Source: Phoronis australis (lineage: Eukaryota > Animalia > Phoronida). Taken from it: a stretch of 64,000 nt of DNA. This document shows positions 14,083-26,990 of this stretch, in pieces. Below the pieces are notes generated by a model. It made no database searches. It saw only the letters and a program-made list of their open reading frames with translations, and was not told the DNA's origin. A program made the position numbers and the translations under genes. How positions within the stretch are numbered: position 1 is the first letter of the stretch; every line of letters begins with the position of its first letter. The DNA is taken from contig NMRA01000082.1 of the NCBI GenBank assembly GCA_002633005.1, positions 534,576-598,575 on the forward strand, written 5' to 3'.

Positions 14083-16519
14083 ATTGGCTAATCACGGACT
14101 TGTAAACTGGTTTTTAAGCATTTTTATCTTTCGCTGTAATATTTTCAACATGTTTTATTCCATGATAAATCATTAGTAAAAGTGACTTCAAGGTATTTTG
14201 ATTCCAGCACTTGTTAAGTTAACGTTCCTAGAGAAAATAGTTAGACTCACATTTCTTGTGCCCCGTAAAAATTCTGAGCGTACTATACTTATTGAGGTGG
14301 AATGCGGTTAACCAGGACACTAGCGCCTCTAGTGCCCTGCGCAGTCATGTACATGTATGTGATGATGTCATCACCAAACAGTCTGGGTTTGGAATTTGAA
14401 CTATCTGCAATGTCAGTTATACAGAAAAGAAATAATGACTTGAGGTAAATGTACACCTGAAAGCATGCTTATCTTATCAAAGGTCTTACCTTATTTATTA
14501 TTACTATTGTGCCTTACAATACTGTAGCAATTGTCCGACAATTAATCAATAACAACATGGGAAATTATTCACCTCAAATACAACGCGTGACCTTGCAGGG
14601 GCAGTTTTGGGTTGTATAGTTGATAATTTGGGAGACGCTTTCCTTAAAAAATATCTGAAGGAACCGACAACCTGTTCTGGAAGGAAGTTTTAAGCGATGT
14701 TGTGCTCCTATTTCAAATGTGTGATAAAAATGAAACTATTATTTACGCTCCCCTGTGGTATAATTCAAAGATTAAAGTTGGTAGAAAATCTATTTGCTAC
14801 AAGAGGGAGTCTATCGTGTGTGTGATTTGTTTAATGCTGAAGGTTCTTTTATGTCATACTCTCTCACAGTTATACCTTTCAACCTCCAATAATACAATTC
14901 TATGAATTAAGACGTGCAACCTTTTCAGCGCACAGGGGTCTTAAGAAAAGACAAGACAAAGCTTTTTTACCAATTTTCCAAGTTATATTTATAAAATTTT
15001 GCATAATAAATGACAAGCGGTAAATATTTATGACACCTTAGTACAGTCACTTCAGACAGCTTGAAAATATAAAAACAAGCGGTCATCTGAGATAGATATC
15101 AACGTTGTAATAAACAATGTAAATTTTAGTGAACCTGATACAAGGTGGAGAAAAGTACATAAACTCGCCCTCAATTATATAAAAGATACAAAATTGCGTT
15201 GGTCTCAATACCGCTTAATTCACAGGATATTGCCAACCAATAATTATTTGCATAAAATGAAAATAAAAACAAATGATTTGTGCTCTTTCTGTGTGGTGAA
15301 CACAGTGAAACTTTTCTCCATCTGTTTTGGGAATGTCGTCTTGTTTCCGGTTTCTGTCTCTGTCAGACGATAGTCTGTGTGGGTTTGTTTAAAAGGTAGC
15401 TATGCTTTGAAGTTGTGCGTAGATGGACAGTGAATAATCAAATCCAGTAATTAATTTATTATATGATAACCCCTAATTAGACAAATGAAACCTATTGTTA
15501 ATTAAGTAATCAACTACAAAGAGAAACTATGCTAGCACCCTCTTAAAAGATTACTTTAATCAAACAACCAAACGATCAAATGTCTTATCTGCTATCCAAG
15601 CTAGAACTCTCCACTTGTTGGATGTCTGTCCTGTTGGTGAATCTTCGAACTACACACACTGTATAGTGACAGTGTACTTGCTGGTCACCGTCTCTGGTGA
15701 TGCAACACTTGCAGGCAATTTCTTCTACCCGCGATTCTTCTTGCTGGTCACAGTCTCTGGCTGATGACGCAACACTTCAGGTAGTATCTTACTACCCACA
15801 ATGCAAGTGACAAGCTCTTAGTTAACTTCCGGTTCGTTAACCCTTGCCCTTGCCAAGTATAATAGATTTTGACGTTAAAATACATGTCAACAAGTCTGAC
15901 CCCATGATTTAAAAGTACATATGCACAAATTTTGGGCAACTTAAAATGGATCTATTCTTACTTATTACTTAATCAATATTTATTCTGACAGTCTCCTATT
16001 TGCTGAGTGGTTAAAACAAACATATGTAAATTTTCATGTGGACAGGATACATGTAGCAGTGTTTTTTGTTTTTTGTTAACCATTGAGTCGGAAAATTATA
16101 ACATTAATCTGTTGATTATGCTAGCAAAAATACATATTTTAGTTTGTTAAAAAAATCTTAATTTCCAATTGTTCATTAACTTTATTAAATTTTATCCTGA
16201 TAGAAATACGGTACCTGTTGACTTATGATTTAGTATTATTCTTTGTAAATGATGTCTACTGTATTGTTTTATGTGAAAGGTAATTATCATGCTAGAGCAA
16301 AATAAAAATACAAAAATAACAACATGGAACAGCGCGGAAGAATCTGTGAGACATATCACTCAAATGTACACCATTTCCCGTCTGACCAGATGTCGGCCAG
16401 TTGCCTTTGCAGAATATTGCACACACACTAATCGCGTATCAAAAGAGAATTTCTTCAAAAAACTGTTTTCAGCTTCCAGGTCTGTAAAAAAGTGCGTTTT
16501 AATTCTGAAGACCAGTTTT

Positions 16520-16900
16520 TTATTGTTCCAACCTAGAATCCCAAAGAAACAATCACCTTAGTAACTCTGGTATCGTCCCTACTCTTACCATATACAACCA
16601 GCACTGACATCTACTACTCGGGAAAAGTTTTGAATCAGGTTTTAGTTTGACCTCTCATATCGTGCGTATTGAGTGTGCTTAATAAAAAAGACTTTATCAA
16701 ATGCTTTGAGGAAATCGTGATGAGGATTTACATATAAGTCTGGACACCACATTGAAGGTTTTTTGCAATGTCGTGGGTAAGATGTAACAATCGTGTTTCA
16801 CAAGGTCTATTAGACCTTAACCATATGTTGGTTGTTAACGATGATATGGTCCATGAGTTAGCTGACAAACGGTGTGAGGGAGATTGGTCAATAGTTGCCA
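16520..16900 (-). mobile_element. Fossil non-LTR (CR1/L2-like) reverse transcriptase fragment
   Basis: Degenerate minus-strand translation RSNRPCETRLLHLTHDI resembles QHGFRxxRSCETQL. It is followed by remnants of the DFSKAFD and GVPQGSxLG motifs. Confidence 0.55.
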
Positions 16901-17628
16901 TCAGCAGTTGTAATGTACTTCATGTCAAAGCTACAAAATAAATGTTTACCCATTTATATCTAATCTGCAAATTTTGATTGGTAGTTGGAATAATTTGTTC
17001 ATCAAGGTTTCTGTAAATGTCACTGAGTCCAGGATTTTTACTGGAAATGCAATTAGATCAAAAGACACCAAACTCCTATTAATATTTAAAGATGCATAAT
17101 TTTGGATGAATGCCCGCCTAAATTCTTCCCGGCAACTGTGAGACATTCATATTCTAAAATCTTTGCCTTGATAGGGTTGCAATGTTTTGAAACATTAAAA
17201 CTATTTCTCTAATAATTCAATTAGTCATTTATGTAACCACCCTTGTCCATTTTCTGTTTATTTTTTATTACACCCGAAACTAATTGTCATTATATTTAAT
17301 TAGTTGACATATTAATTGAGTAATGTGCTAATTATTACTTGAAGGGTTTCGTTGTTGCACTCTTTTTTGATTTTGGTAACACTCTTCGTTTTCGGAATTA
17401 AAAAAAAATTTAAACCTGTCAGATATTTAAAACGATAATCAAACTTGATTAAAAACACGACTATACTTTTGTTAGACGGCTTGATGTCCACGCGCTCATA
17501 TTCACTGTAAAATTTCCGATTTTCCGACCTGCCGCCATTATAATCAAACAAGCTTTAGTATTTCAAATCACCACTTTTATATCAAATACAACTAGACATA
17601 GCACCATCAGTCGATGAAGTGTTAGATT

Positions 17629-17689
17629 TGCGCATCAGCAAATAATATCTGATGGTAGCCTACCATCAGATATTATTTGCTGATGCGCA
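17629..17689. repeat. Perfect palindrome, 30-bp arms, 1-nt centre
   Basis: TGCGCATCAGCAAATAATATCTGATGGTAG-C-CTACCATCAGATATTATTTGCTGATGCGCA. Confidence 0.95.
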
Positions 17690-17719
17690 GCTAATTAACG
17701 TACTATGTTGATTAGCTGA

Positions 17720-18230
17720 CCTCAAACTTACGGGCATTCATTGCTCGATACATATGCGCTCAAAATTGGAGGTGTCATCAACAGTTAGATCAAATTTACT
17801 CATACAAGTGTTTTTTCCATGATGAGGTCAACATGAACATGTTTGTCCGGCGAACTACTACTTTAACATTGTCTTCCAGACGCTTTGGGGCTTCATGGAA
17901 TTTGCGGGGGCACTTGATGTCAATGTTGTATTATGGTGCTTTCGCATCGCAGTAGGTCTTTACTGTTGGGACTAGCGTTGACGAATACCGCTGATTCCAG
18001 GCGTTTAAAATTTCTGGACAAGTTTTCCAGCGTGAGACGTTTGCAGTAAGGGTCAAATTTAGTGGAGGTTTGGGCCAAGGCTGAGCAAGTAATTTTCGTC
18101 ATCCGAAAGTTTGTGTGACGACGTGTTGACAAACGGGGATATCGCCATGAAGAAGAACAAGTGGAGCAACTGTAGAAATAGTATGGAAAAATTGTCTCAA
18201 AAAATTTTCGGCCGATATGTTCTGATTCTA
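17720..18230 (-). mobile_element. Highly decayed Gypsy-like RT/RNase H fragment
   Basis: Minus-strand remnants such as FLRQFFHTISTVAPL...KFDP...VNAS...TPP follow the order of the Gypsy RT-RNase H junction. Many lesions. Confidence 0.3.
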
Positions 18231-21200
18231 AATAGGAAATGCTAATGTCCTTTTTTCGGTTTCACAATTAATTGCAAAGTATCCTCTGCACCAATAGAAT
18301 CAGTTAACGAGGACGGTTTCTGACAGGAAGAATGTCTCCTCATAGATAAGCCAGTCGTAACCAAATCAATTTAATATTTTTATATTCTGTTGAATGTAGA
18401 GCTGTTGACCTTTGACCTGCTGAGGAGTTCTTCATGATCAGACTAAAACCCTCCTTGCTCGTCAATGCAACTTAATCCTATTATAACTAGTACTAACAGT
18501 GTTTACTCATCCATGAGATGACATTTCCCTCCCCAACACCGCTTCAAAATTTGATATTTGAAATCCATGTTTCTGGTCATCAACCATCGAAGCAGTTTGG
18601 CAGTATTTCGTTATCTCAAATGCGTTCGGTTACAATAGATTTTAATAGAAAAAGCAAAACTATCTTCGCTTACAGCGTAACAGATAATTCGGCCCTGGAT
18701 GCTGTGTTATCATCATAATTTGTACCAAGATTTCTCATATAGTAGCTTGAAAAAAGCACCACTGTCTCGATTTAGTAAAAATCAGAGACCAGAAACAACT
18801 ATACTCCTTGGCCTAACAGCAAGAACACTTAAAAAATTCATAAAACAACATCATATTTATGTATGTATGTACGTACGAATGAATGTATGTATAAGTAGAG
18901 TTTTAGAAAGGGTTTTGGCTCCAAATCGGACCTTTGCTCTTTCTAACTGGAACTGGAACTGTCGGGCGTATGCAGTGAAAGTTAAATTTCCTTCCTCCAC
19001 TTTAACCATTAACCACTTACTTGGAGGCAACACACGTTTAACCAGTTGTATCAATTTTTCCTTGAAAGCCAGAACGATTGGACATGTTCATGGCATCCTG
19101 CTTTCACTGCACTAAAACTCAGAGCGAAGATTCGTCTCAGCTGTTTCCAAAGCGAAATGTTGCACGTTAATGTCAAACGCACATGCTTTGAAACTTGTGA
19201 TATATAATTTTTATACATTGGAAATATAGATCACATGCCGCATTGCTGTCATCTTTGGTTTGTTTATATGTTGTGTGTGAAGTTAGGTTACAACAAGACA
19301 TGAAATACGGTGGTCGTTCAAGCTGACTCTGCAATAGGCAAATTGACATCTGTTGGGCAATTATTGATTCAAAAAATGTTAACTTGTTAAAAAAATGCAG
19401 AGTTATCTGACCTTGTCCACATTTGAAAACTTACGAAGCCTTTCTTTGCTTGAGTTTTGTAAAGGGACGAGTTGACGCATACCGAATATTTAGACATTTA
19501 GTGCGATATTAGTTCTAGCTAACTGAGAAATTAGCCAATGAACGAGTGGGCTTGAGGTTGGTTTTCTTTGTTCGATTAAGACGTATTATGATTACATAGA
19601 ACGAGAGATGCGATTGAGACCATTGCTAAGATACCAGAGCCTATCAACATAGTTACGGGATCGCCTAAGTATTTCAATTTATTCGAAAATAAGGAAAACG
19701 CGCCAAAACGATGCAAAAGCTATATTATACAATATTAAGTAATTTTCATGATAACTTTTTAACCAATGAGCATGATTAAGTCGAACAAAAATGGCAATTT
19801 TTTGTCATTACATTGCAAATCATGGTGCTTCAAACCTTTCTTTCCCTTGTTTACATGCTTTTGGGCGGGTTTCCAACAAATACGAAACATTGGCTGAATG
19901 ACGTGGGCGGACGCTTTCTTTTTGTTTATGGGCACAGGTCTCAAACTGAGTCGTGCAAAAGACCAGAACCAGTTTTTCTTTTAGTGAGTTCGTGATTATA
20001 GTTTGTACGTACCGACATTAGAACTTGGAGTTGTGTCCATGTTACTCGTGTGGCCATGATGTAACTTAGCAACTCTTAGTGTCAAAAATGCACAGGAGTA
20101 AACAAACACTTGATCCATTTTTCGTGGGCAGCTTGCCAAATTCACTCTGGTAATCCGGCACTTCAAAACTAAGCAATTGTTGGAGGTTTGGTTTTTCTAC
20201 TTATGACACGAAGTCTCGAAACTATGGTGAAACTCTTCCCGTTTGCAAGACTCTGGAATTTGGGGCACCGATACAGAAATTGAGTTTTCTTCATTCTTAA
20301 TATTGGGACATGGGCGATTTTGTCTTTCAACGTATTTCTCTGATTTTGAACACAGCATCTTTTATCAACATAGTCTGAAACCAGGCTTGACAGTTAATGA
20401 GGTCGCTAAAAGTATCTGCCGGAGGACGCTGCGTTTCCATAGTTTATAACACAATGATATAGCTGGAAGATGGTTTGTTTACTGGCAAAAGTATATCAAA
20501 AATTTTTTGAATGTTAAGGGATTGCTTATGAACATTGGAAATGTCTACCCTAATTTGTCTGAAATTTTTGTCCCAGTTTTTTTCAAAATGGACCTTAGTG
20601 AAGTTTGTGCAAAATAAGTTTCAGTGGCACAATCTCGTGTACGTTCCATCGCAGTGGGATATGCTGGATGCCACATTGTCAGTTCTTTGTACTCTCGCTT
20701 GCGCAATTGTTCCTTCACATGCACGTGAGTGGGGTCACCTGCATATGGCTAATATTGCCTGCACATGTGTTGTCTCGCTGCACGAGGAGTTAAGTCGGAG
20801 ATGTCTTGCGAAAAGTGTTGATTTGGCAAGCTGTCGTAGTAGCAGACATTTTACAAAGCGAACATTGGATGTTCAGTTCACAATCTTGAAACTGAAAATG
20901 GCAGGAGAAATGGTATTCCGAAAATGAAACAGTTTGTAACAAATTTGAGTACGAGACAGAAGCCGAATTTCATGTTTCGTTGTCCAGTCCTGGCAAGTTT
21001 AAGAACTACGTTGATATCACGTTGCGACATTAGAAACAACGACCTCAGGTCTCTGTTTAAAGTCGTTGGCAGTAACCAATAAAAATGCATTTCAAAGTAC
21101 ATACAAATGGCAATGGTCATCAGAAGAAAACGCTGTGTACGTGTGTATCAAAGTTAGCTTATTATTACAGGAAACTGTGGCCGGTGTCTTCTTATATTCA

Positions 21201-21381
21201 ATTAAGTTAAGACACCTGCTACGGACCTGTTATACGTTCAGAATGATTCATTGATGGGATTCTCAGTTGGATGTCCAGTGTCAGACTACCCTTAGATATA
21301 GGACAAGCACCAGGGCACCTTACACACTAAGTTGCTTAACAAAAACGACACTCGCAAGAGCTCTGAACAAGTCAGTACAGT

Positions 21382-21677
21382 CATAGGCAGATTTAGGGGT
21401 GGAGCGCAAGCAAAGTGAAAGAGCAACAGCGCGACGCGTGAGTAAATATTGAGCCCAGAAACTAGGACTTGTATAGGGGAGAGTGGACTCAGATCCCAGA
21501 TTATGTAGGGGCGGAAACGTGCTGCCGTTTTTTCTTTTTTTTAGTCCACGATAGATTTTGTGAACGGAAGATTCACCCACGGCAACCGCAATTTTGGGGC
21601 CGCCTGTACGTGCAATTGCCCAATTTCCCCGAGGCAACATGTTGCCTACCCCCTATGGTATCCTAGATCCGCTTCTG
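21382..21677. mobile_element. MITE (CATAGGCAGATTTAGG...CCTAGATCCGCTTCTG) with 5-bp TSD
   Basis: Imperfect TIRs of the same type as 120-1121. ACAGT occurs at both 21377-21381 and 21678-21682. Confidence 0.7.
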
Positions 21678-21769
21678 ACAGTACCATGTAATTCATAAAG
21701 TTTAAAAACGACAGTCACAATAGCAACACAATAATAATCACAACACACCGTAACTGATTAAACAAGAAG

Positions 21770-22906
21770 CAACACTTTGGCAATGAATTGCTTTTCCTCA
21801 ATTCCGGACCTGATTCTGTAGTGCTTAGGATGACTTTACATGGGGTCACATCACAGTCATCACTCATTGTCAGACAATAAAGTTAGGCAATAAAGTTCAT
21901 TGCAAATGTTTTCAAGTAATCGGCTGCTGGCAACCTACTAACCAAGTTGCTTGTTTCCAGAACTCACTCGCACAAGTATGGGATGCGTCGCAAGCAAACT
22001 GTGTTGCCTTAATGGGAAGACACTAGACGACAACAGTTCTGCGACGTCTCACGCTAGTGTGCTTGGATTAACATCTGAAGATCTCATTGGTTCTGACAGA
22101 AACGTTGAAAAAGGTAATGAAAATGGAAGAGAAATAGTTGAGTTTAGTTTCACTCTGAATACAGCTTACTTTAGTACTAATAGTTGCTTATCCAAACAAG
22201 TTATAAGTCATGAGAACTCTCACGGGTGACCCATGCATTCTAGACATTACCCTATCTTTTTGTTGGACTAAAAATAAGGTGTTCGTGGGGTTTGTGAGGT
22301 ACCCACTTCTAAAAAACAGATAACGTCCGCTTTTGGGTGTTACGCCACCGGTAATATGCTCTTCCACAAAAAACAGGCCAGGAATTATTTTGTGTGTTGC
22401 GACGAACATTTCATCCTTGTGTTTTCACAAGGATTCAGAGTTCCCCGGCTTTTCAACAAGAAGCAATACTTTGGTAATGAATTGCTTTTCCTCAATTCCG
22501 GACCTGATTTTGTAGTGCTTAGGATGACTTTACATGGGGTTACATCACAGTCATCACTCATTGTCAGGCAATAAAGTTCACTGCAAGTCATGGACAGCTG
22601 AGAACCCACTAACTTATTTGCCTGTTTCCAGAGCTCATTCGCACAAGCTGCTTTAGTATGGAGTGCGCCCCAAGCGAGCTGTGTTGCCGTAATGGAAAGA
22701 CACTAAACGACAACAGTTGTGCGACACCTCAGGCTAGTGTGCTTGGATCAACATCTGATGAAAACGTTGAAAAAGGTAATGAAAACGGAGAGAAATAACT
22801 GAGTTCAGTGTCACTCTGAATACAGCTTACTTTGGTAATATAGTTACTTAACCAACCAAGTTAAAATTCTAAGCATGAAATGAGAATTCTCGCGGGGGAC
22901 CCATGG
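21770..22906. repeat. Local duplication of a ~450-bp segment (21770-22235 and 22463-22906)
   Basis: Both copies run from CAA(C/T)ACTTTGG(C/T)AATGAATTGCTTTTCCTCAATTCCGGACCTG to GAGAA(C/T)TCTC(A/G)CGGG(T/G)GACCCATG. Confidence 0.9.
22240..22410 (-). mobile_element. LINE-like fossil fragment, paralogous to ~26610-26760
   Basis: Clear nucleotide similarity between the two segments (AATAAGGTGTTCGTG...AAAAAACAGATAA...GGCCAGGAAT). The translation loosely resembles the post-RT region of CR1/L2 ORF2. Confidence 0.4.
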
Positions 22907-23079
22907 ATTTAAGGGTTAGAGGTAGCGACCCCGTTGACTTAGCTTTCACAGGACTAGTCGCGAGAATGTGAATTTCCAGTCGTCCACGCGACTAACTTTT
23001 GATCGATCGAGTTTAGTTATCAAATCGAGCCTAATTTTATTGCTTCCGAAAAATTGCTTGTGGATTTATTTGCGTTGCT

Positions 23080-23082
<3 letters not shown>

Positions 23083-23144
<62 letters not shown>
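23083..23144. repeat. (TG)n microsatellite
   Basis: Uninterrupted TG run. Confidence 0.98.
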
Positions 23145-23147
<3 letters not shown>

Positions 23148-23230
23148 ATATGTACATGTATGCATGTGCATATTATTACTGTTTCGTGTTGTTTCTGTAA
23201 AAAATCATTTGTGCAATGTTTACCTGATGC

Positions 23231-26200
23231 CCGGTTGCATGAAATAGTCCCAATTTAGGGACTCAACTAAGATCCCTAAATCTACTGCGTATTTTTGGAC
23301 TTGTGGAAACAGCGATTGCCCATTCTTGTATTCTTTTAGTTTCATTATTAAATTACCTTTTCACTTTGATACAAATCGAAAGTCAACTCTACGTGAATTT
23401 GTCAATGTAATGGGAAATAATTAGGGATCTTTTCATGCACACTAAGTCCGTATTTTTTTTCAATGAACTCTGGGTTCAGTTTTCATTCATATTATTAGAG
23501 AAAGTCTTTAAACAAAGAGGGGCTTACTAAAGACGAAGTCTTCCAGTGGCGGATCTACGTTTTCAGTAAGGGGGTTAGGATTCCCGCAAAGGTCGAATCC
23601 GAGGCGCGTGGCGCCGAGCGGGGGGAGGTCGGGAAGGGGGGGGGGCTCCCCCCTACCGTGTAAGACAATTTTTTGTTTTTGTTGCCAAATAATGAAATTT
23701 CCATGCATCCTGGTAAGTTTCTGGCACTTAACATGTCTCTGGAGTTTTTCTTAAGATAATTTAAAACCCTTCTCGATTTCGTCACATGAACTTGGGTCAT
23801 AAGTTTCGTGAAACCATATTTGTGTACATCTGGGAATGAGTCACGACACCAGCAAAAATTGTTGTTGGAACATTTGCTTACACACACCTTTTTTACCATT
23901 ACGAAAAGTCGTATACGAAAAAGAGGGGCTTGTTCACAGGGGTTTAGACAACTACCAAATATTCAAGAGCAGAAGGAGTACCGACGGGGCATAAAAACTT
24001 GAATGTCAAATGATCGCGTAACAGCAGCCTCAAGTTAAGAACGAAGACCTGTACTGTTAGTCCGGAAATAAACATGTGTTCTGTCTCGTTACGAGAAAAA
24101 CTGGCGAACGATGGTACTCTCAGCTCATAGTCTATCATTAAAAGCGACAATAAAAATTTTAATTGTGATACTTAAAAGTATCATTTTATAAAGATGAATC
24201 ACGTTGACAACAATTGAAAAAACGTCAAATGTATTATGAAACAAAGCATCTGAAAATAGTTTCACGAAACCAAAACATTCTGTACATCGTGGTGAAAAGA
24301 TATACAGGACCAGTTCGCAGAGGGACCATCTAGAGTACACAAAAAGGCTGGCCTGGTCTGTCACGAGACCAAAAGTACACCTGTGCTTATTATCCCTATA
24401 AAAATAGTCGATCTGTCGCGTGACTAAACAGCACTTGCTGAGATAAATAGTTTAAAAAACACACGTTGGTAAAAACATCACAAGACTAGTTCGCCGAGGG
24501 ACCAGAAGTACACTGAAACTCAATATTTACACAAATCAAGCTGGCCTGGTCCGTCGCGAGACCTAAAGTGTACTATGCAAAAATTTTGAATTGAAAACTT
24601 CTATCTAAACACTTTTTAATCCCCAGTTGTTGCTCATTCGTGTATTTTACAAATCTGGTGGTCAATTGCTGCGAGATGTTGTCTAGGAAGAGTTTTCGCA
24701 CGGTTCTGTAGTACTCACTGGAAGAAACAAATATTGAGTACAGATTTAACTGCGCACTATGTGAAATAGATTTTGGATATGAAGAAGATAGAGCCAAGTG
24801 GAAATACAAACCAAAATCAGTTTCTGTGCGCTCATAGACCCTCGGCTGTACTGGGTAAAATTGGCATGACCACAAATAATTTCTATTTCGTTTTCATTGT
24901 ATACAAGCATAAAAAAACGACATTATATACAAACTGTGTAGAATTATAACTTATTACCTGGGTGTTTCTGCAGGAACGTTAGTCCTATCCTTCTGTTGTA
25001 TAGACTACCGAGGAATCTGTATATCGGATCCGATGGTTTGCTCGTCTTGGAATCATTGTACCCAGATATCTTCGATGTTTGTTACCAACGCTTGCACTTC
25101 GTCAACTGCTGTGTCAATGAGCTTGTAAGCCTCTACAACGTCAGCATCTCATGTCGCAGATCAGTTGGCACTAAGCCTCTTGAGGTTACCAAGTCCATTC
25201 AAAAGACTTACATGAGCAAAAAAATTTGATCCGTTCATCATGGACTACTTCAAACCTTGACGATGTATCCCAGGACCTATTTGCATCTCTTGCAATTTTC
25301 GAAATAAACGCCCCAATGTCTGAACGTTTGAAACCCGAAGTACTAACATCAAATAAATGACCATGGGCATGGGCGTTTCATCGNGGCGTTTCATCGGGTG
25401 GGCCTTTCTGCGGAAATTCCCAGTATAGAAGACGGCAGTAGTGCTTATTGCAGGTAGAAAGACGGTAGGTGTTGAGGTCAGAACTAGGGCTTCTCAGGAG
25501 GCCTACTGAACATCGCAAGAGTCCCGCAGGACTTTGTTGTGAAAGTACAGCTTTCCCGCAATTTCTGATAATGTACACTGTTCGCGAATGCGGTCACTTT
25601 GTCAATGTGAGTGCCCCCTTGGTCATTCCTTGTATAGACATAACTTGTTAGAGTGTATCTTCAAACGGACTCGCTACCAGACCACGGCGCCCGCCACAAT
25701 AGCAATTCTTCGGAAAACGATTTTTTTTCATAAATATTACATGTACATGTACACTGTATGATATTGCGCAAGACAATTTTATTATACACCAGTCAAATTC
25801 GAGTTGCAAACGTGTGGAGTGTTATAGCATGACACGGCATGACAGATGAGATAAAAACGTTGCACGTCAATTTGCCTGAATACCAGGGTTGCGGCACCAA
25901 AGTATTTTCCGTAATCAAATCAAAACATATTTTAGAGTAACGAAGCTAGTTACCTAAAGAAATCAGCTATAAAGCTGCTCTTTCAGCGGTGGATCCATCT
26001 AAAATGCTTGGCTACTTCATAAGTGTTGACGCGTGTTTTGCCGATGAGCCACGAAGACTCGAAATGCATTGATTTTCATAACAGCAATTCACAATGCAAA
26101 AATTATATTTTCAGAGTGAACCCCCTCAATTTTTTCCAAGTTGGTTTACTTAGGCTTTACACACGCTGGCGATGCCGCTTTTGTTTTGCTGGAGACGTTT

Positions 26201-26377
26201 TCTTCATTTTTGGGTCCTAGCCCAAGGGGGGGTTTAAACTCCATGAACCCCCCCGTAGACCGCCACTGGAAGTGATAACAAAGTATTGCATCTCTGAGTC
26301 CATAAAGACACAAATACGCCAAAGGACTTTGGGACCTTAGTTTGGTCCCTATTTGGGACTGTTTCATGCAACCAGCC
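23231..26377. mobile_element. Harbinger-like MITE split by a nested 2.7-kb insertion
   Basis: CCGGTTGCATGAAATAGTCCCAATTTAGGGAC (~23232) is inverted against GTCCCTATTTGGGACTGTTTCATGCAACCAG (~26345-26375). An uninterrupted short relative lies at ~44626-44830. Confidence 0.55.
23544..26268. mobile_element. CAGTGGCGG-terminus non-autonomous element, nested
   Basis: CAGTGGCGGATCTACG at the left and CGTAGACCGCCACTG at the right. No clean TSD. Confidence 0.55.
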
Positions 26378-26519
26378 ACTGATGCCCACGGACTCAATTC
26401 AATTGATGAGCGGCATTGTTACCTATGACATATACCTGTGCTCGTGAAATAAAATTAATCAATTTAAAGTTTTCTTTGTAAAAGAATGTAATATTTTGTG
26501 TAACCGAGAAAGTTCTTGC

Positions 26520-26990
26520 TTTTGGCAGAATGTCGCCTTACCGTTAACCACTTTTGCCACTCATGAAATTGACATACCCCATTGTGATTTTCTTCGCGAC
26601 ATTGCTGCATTTTTTGTTCGACTAGAAAGAAAGAATAAGGTGTTCGTGAGTTTTTGAGGTACACACTACTAAAAAACAGATAATGCCCGCTTTTGGATAT
26701 TACGCCAACAGTAATATCCTGTTCCACAAGAAAACGTGGCCAGGAATTTTTGTGTGTTACGGCGAGTGTTTTCACATGGACCAATCAAGGTGCCACCTTT
26801 TTATCCGTATGTCCTTCTTTTCAACTGCGTTGCCCTGCTTGTTAATTCTTGTATCTTGGCATCTATGCAACAGGTGTTCCAAATAGTATTGTCTCTTTCA
26901 TATGAAAATATACCTTCCAGAGTCCACTTTCTTTAGTAACGGAACTATCGTAGAATGTGTTCCAATGTCTCTGGTTTACTGTATTACTAT
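26520..26990 (-). mobile_element. Fossil LINE (CR1/L2-like) 3' ORF2 fragment
   Basis: Paralogous to 22240-22410, with a decayed FYxSF...WNxL-type motif near 26920-26960. Confidence 0.35.

Noticed and set aside
25000-25650. Possible BEL/Pao integrase fossil
   Set aside because: Only faint NGSNF and Cys remnants, not enough to support a call.
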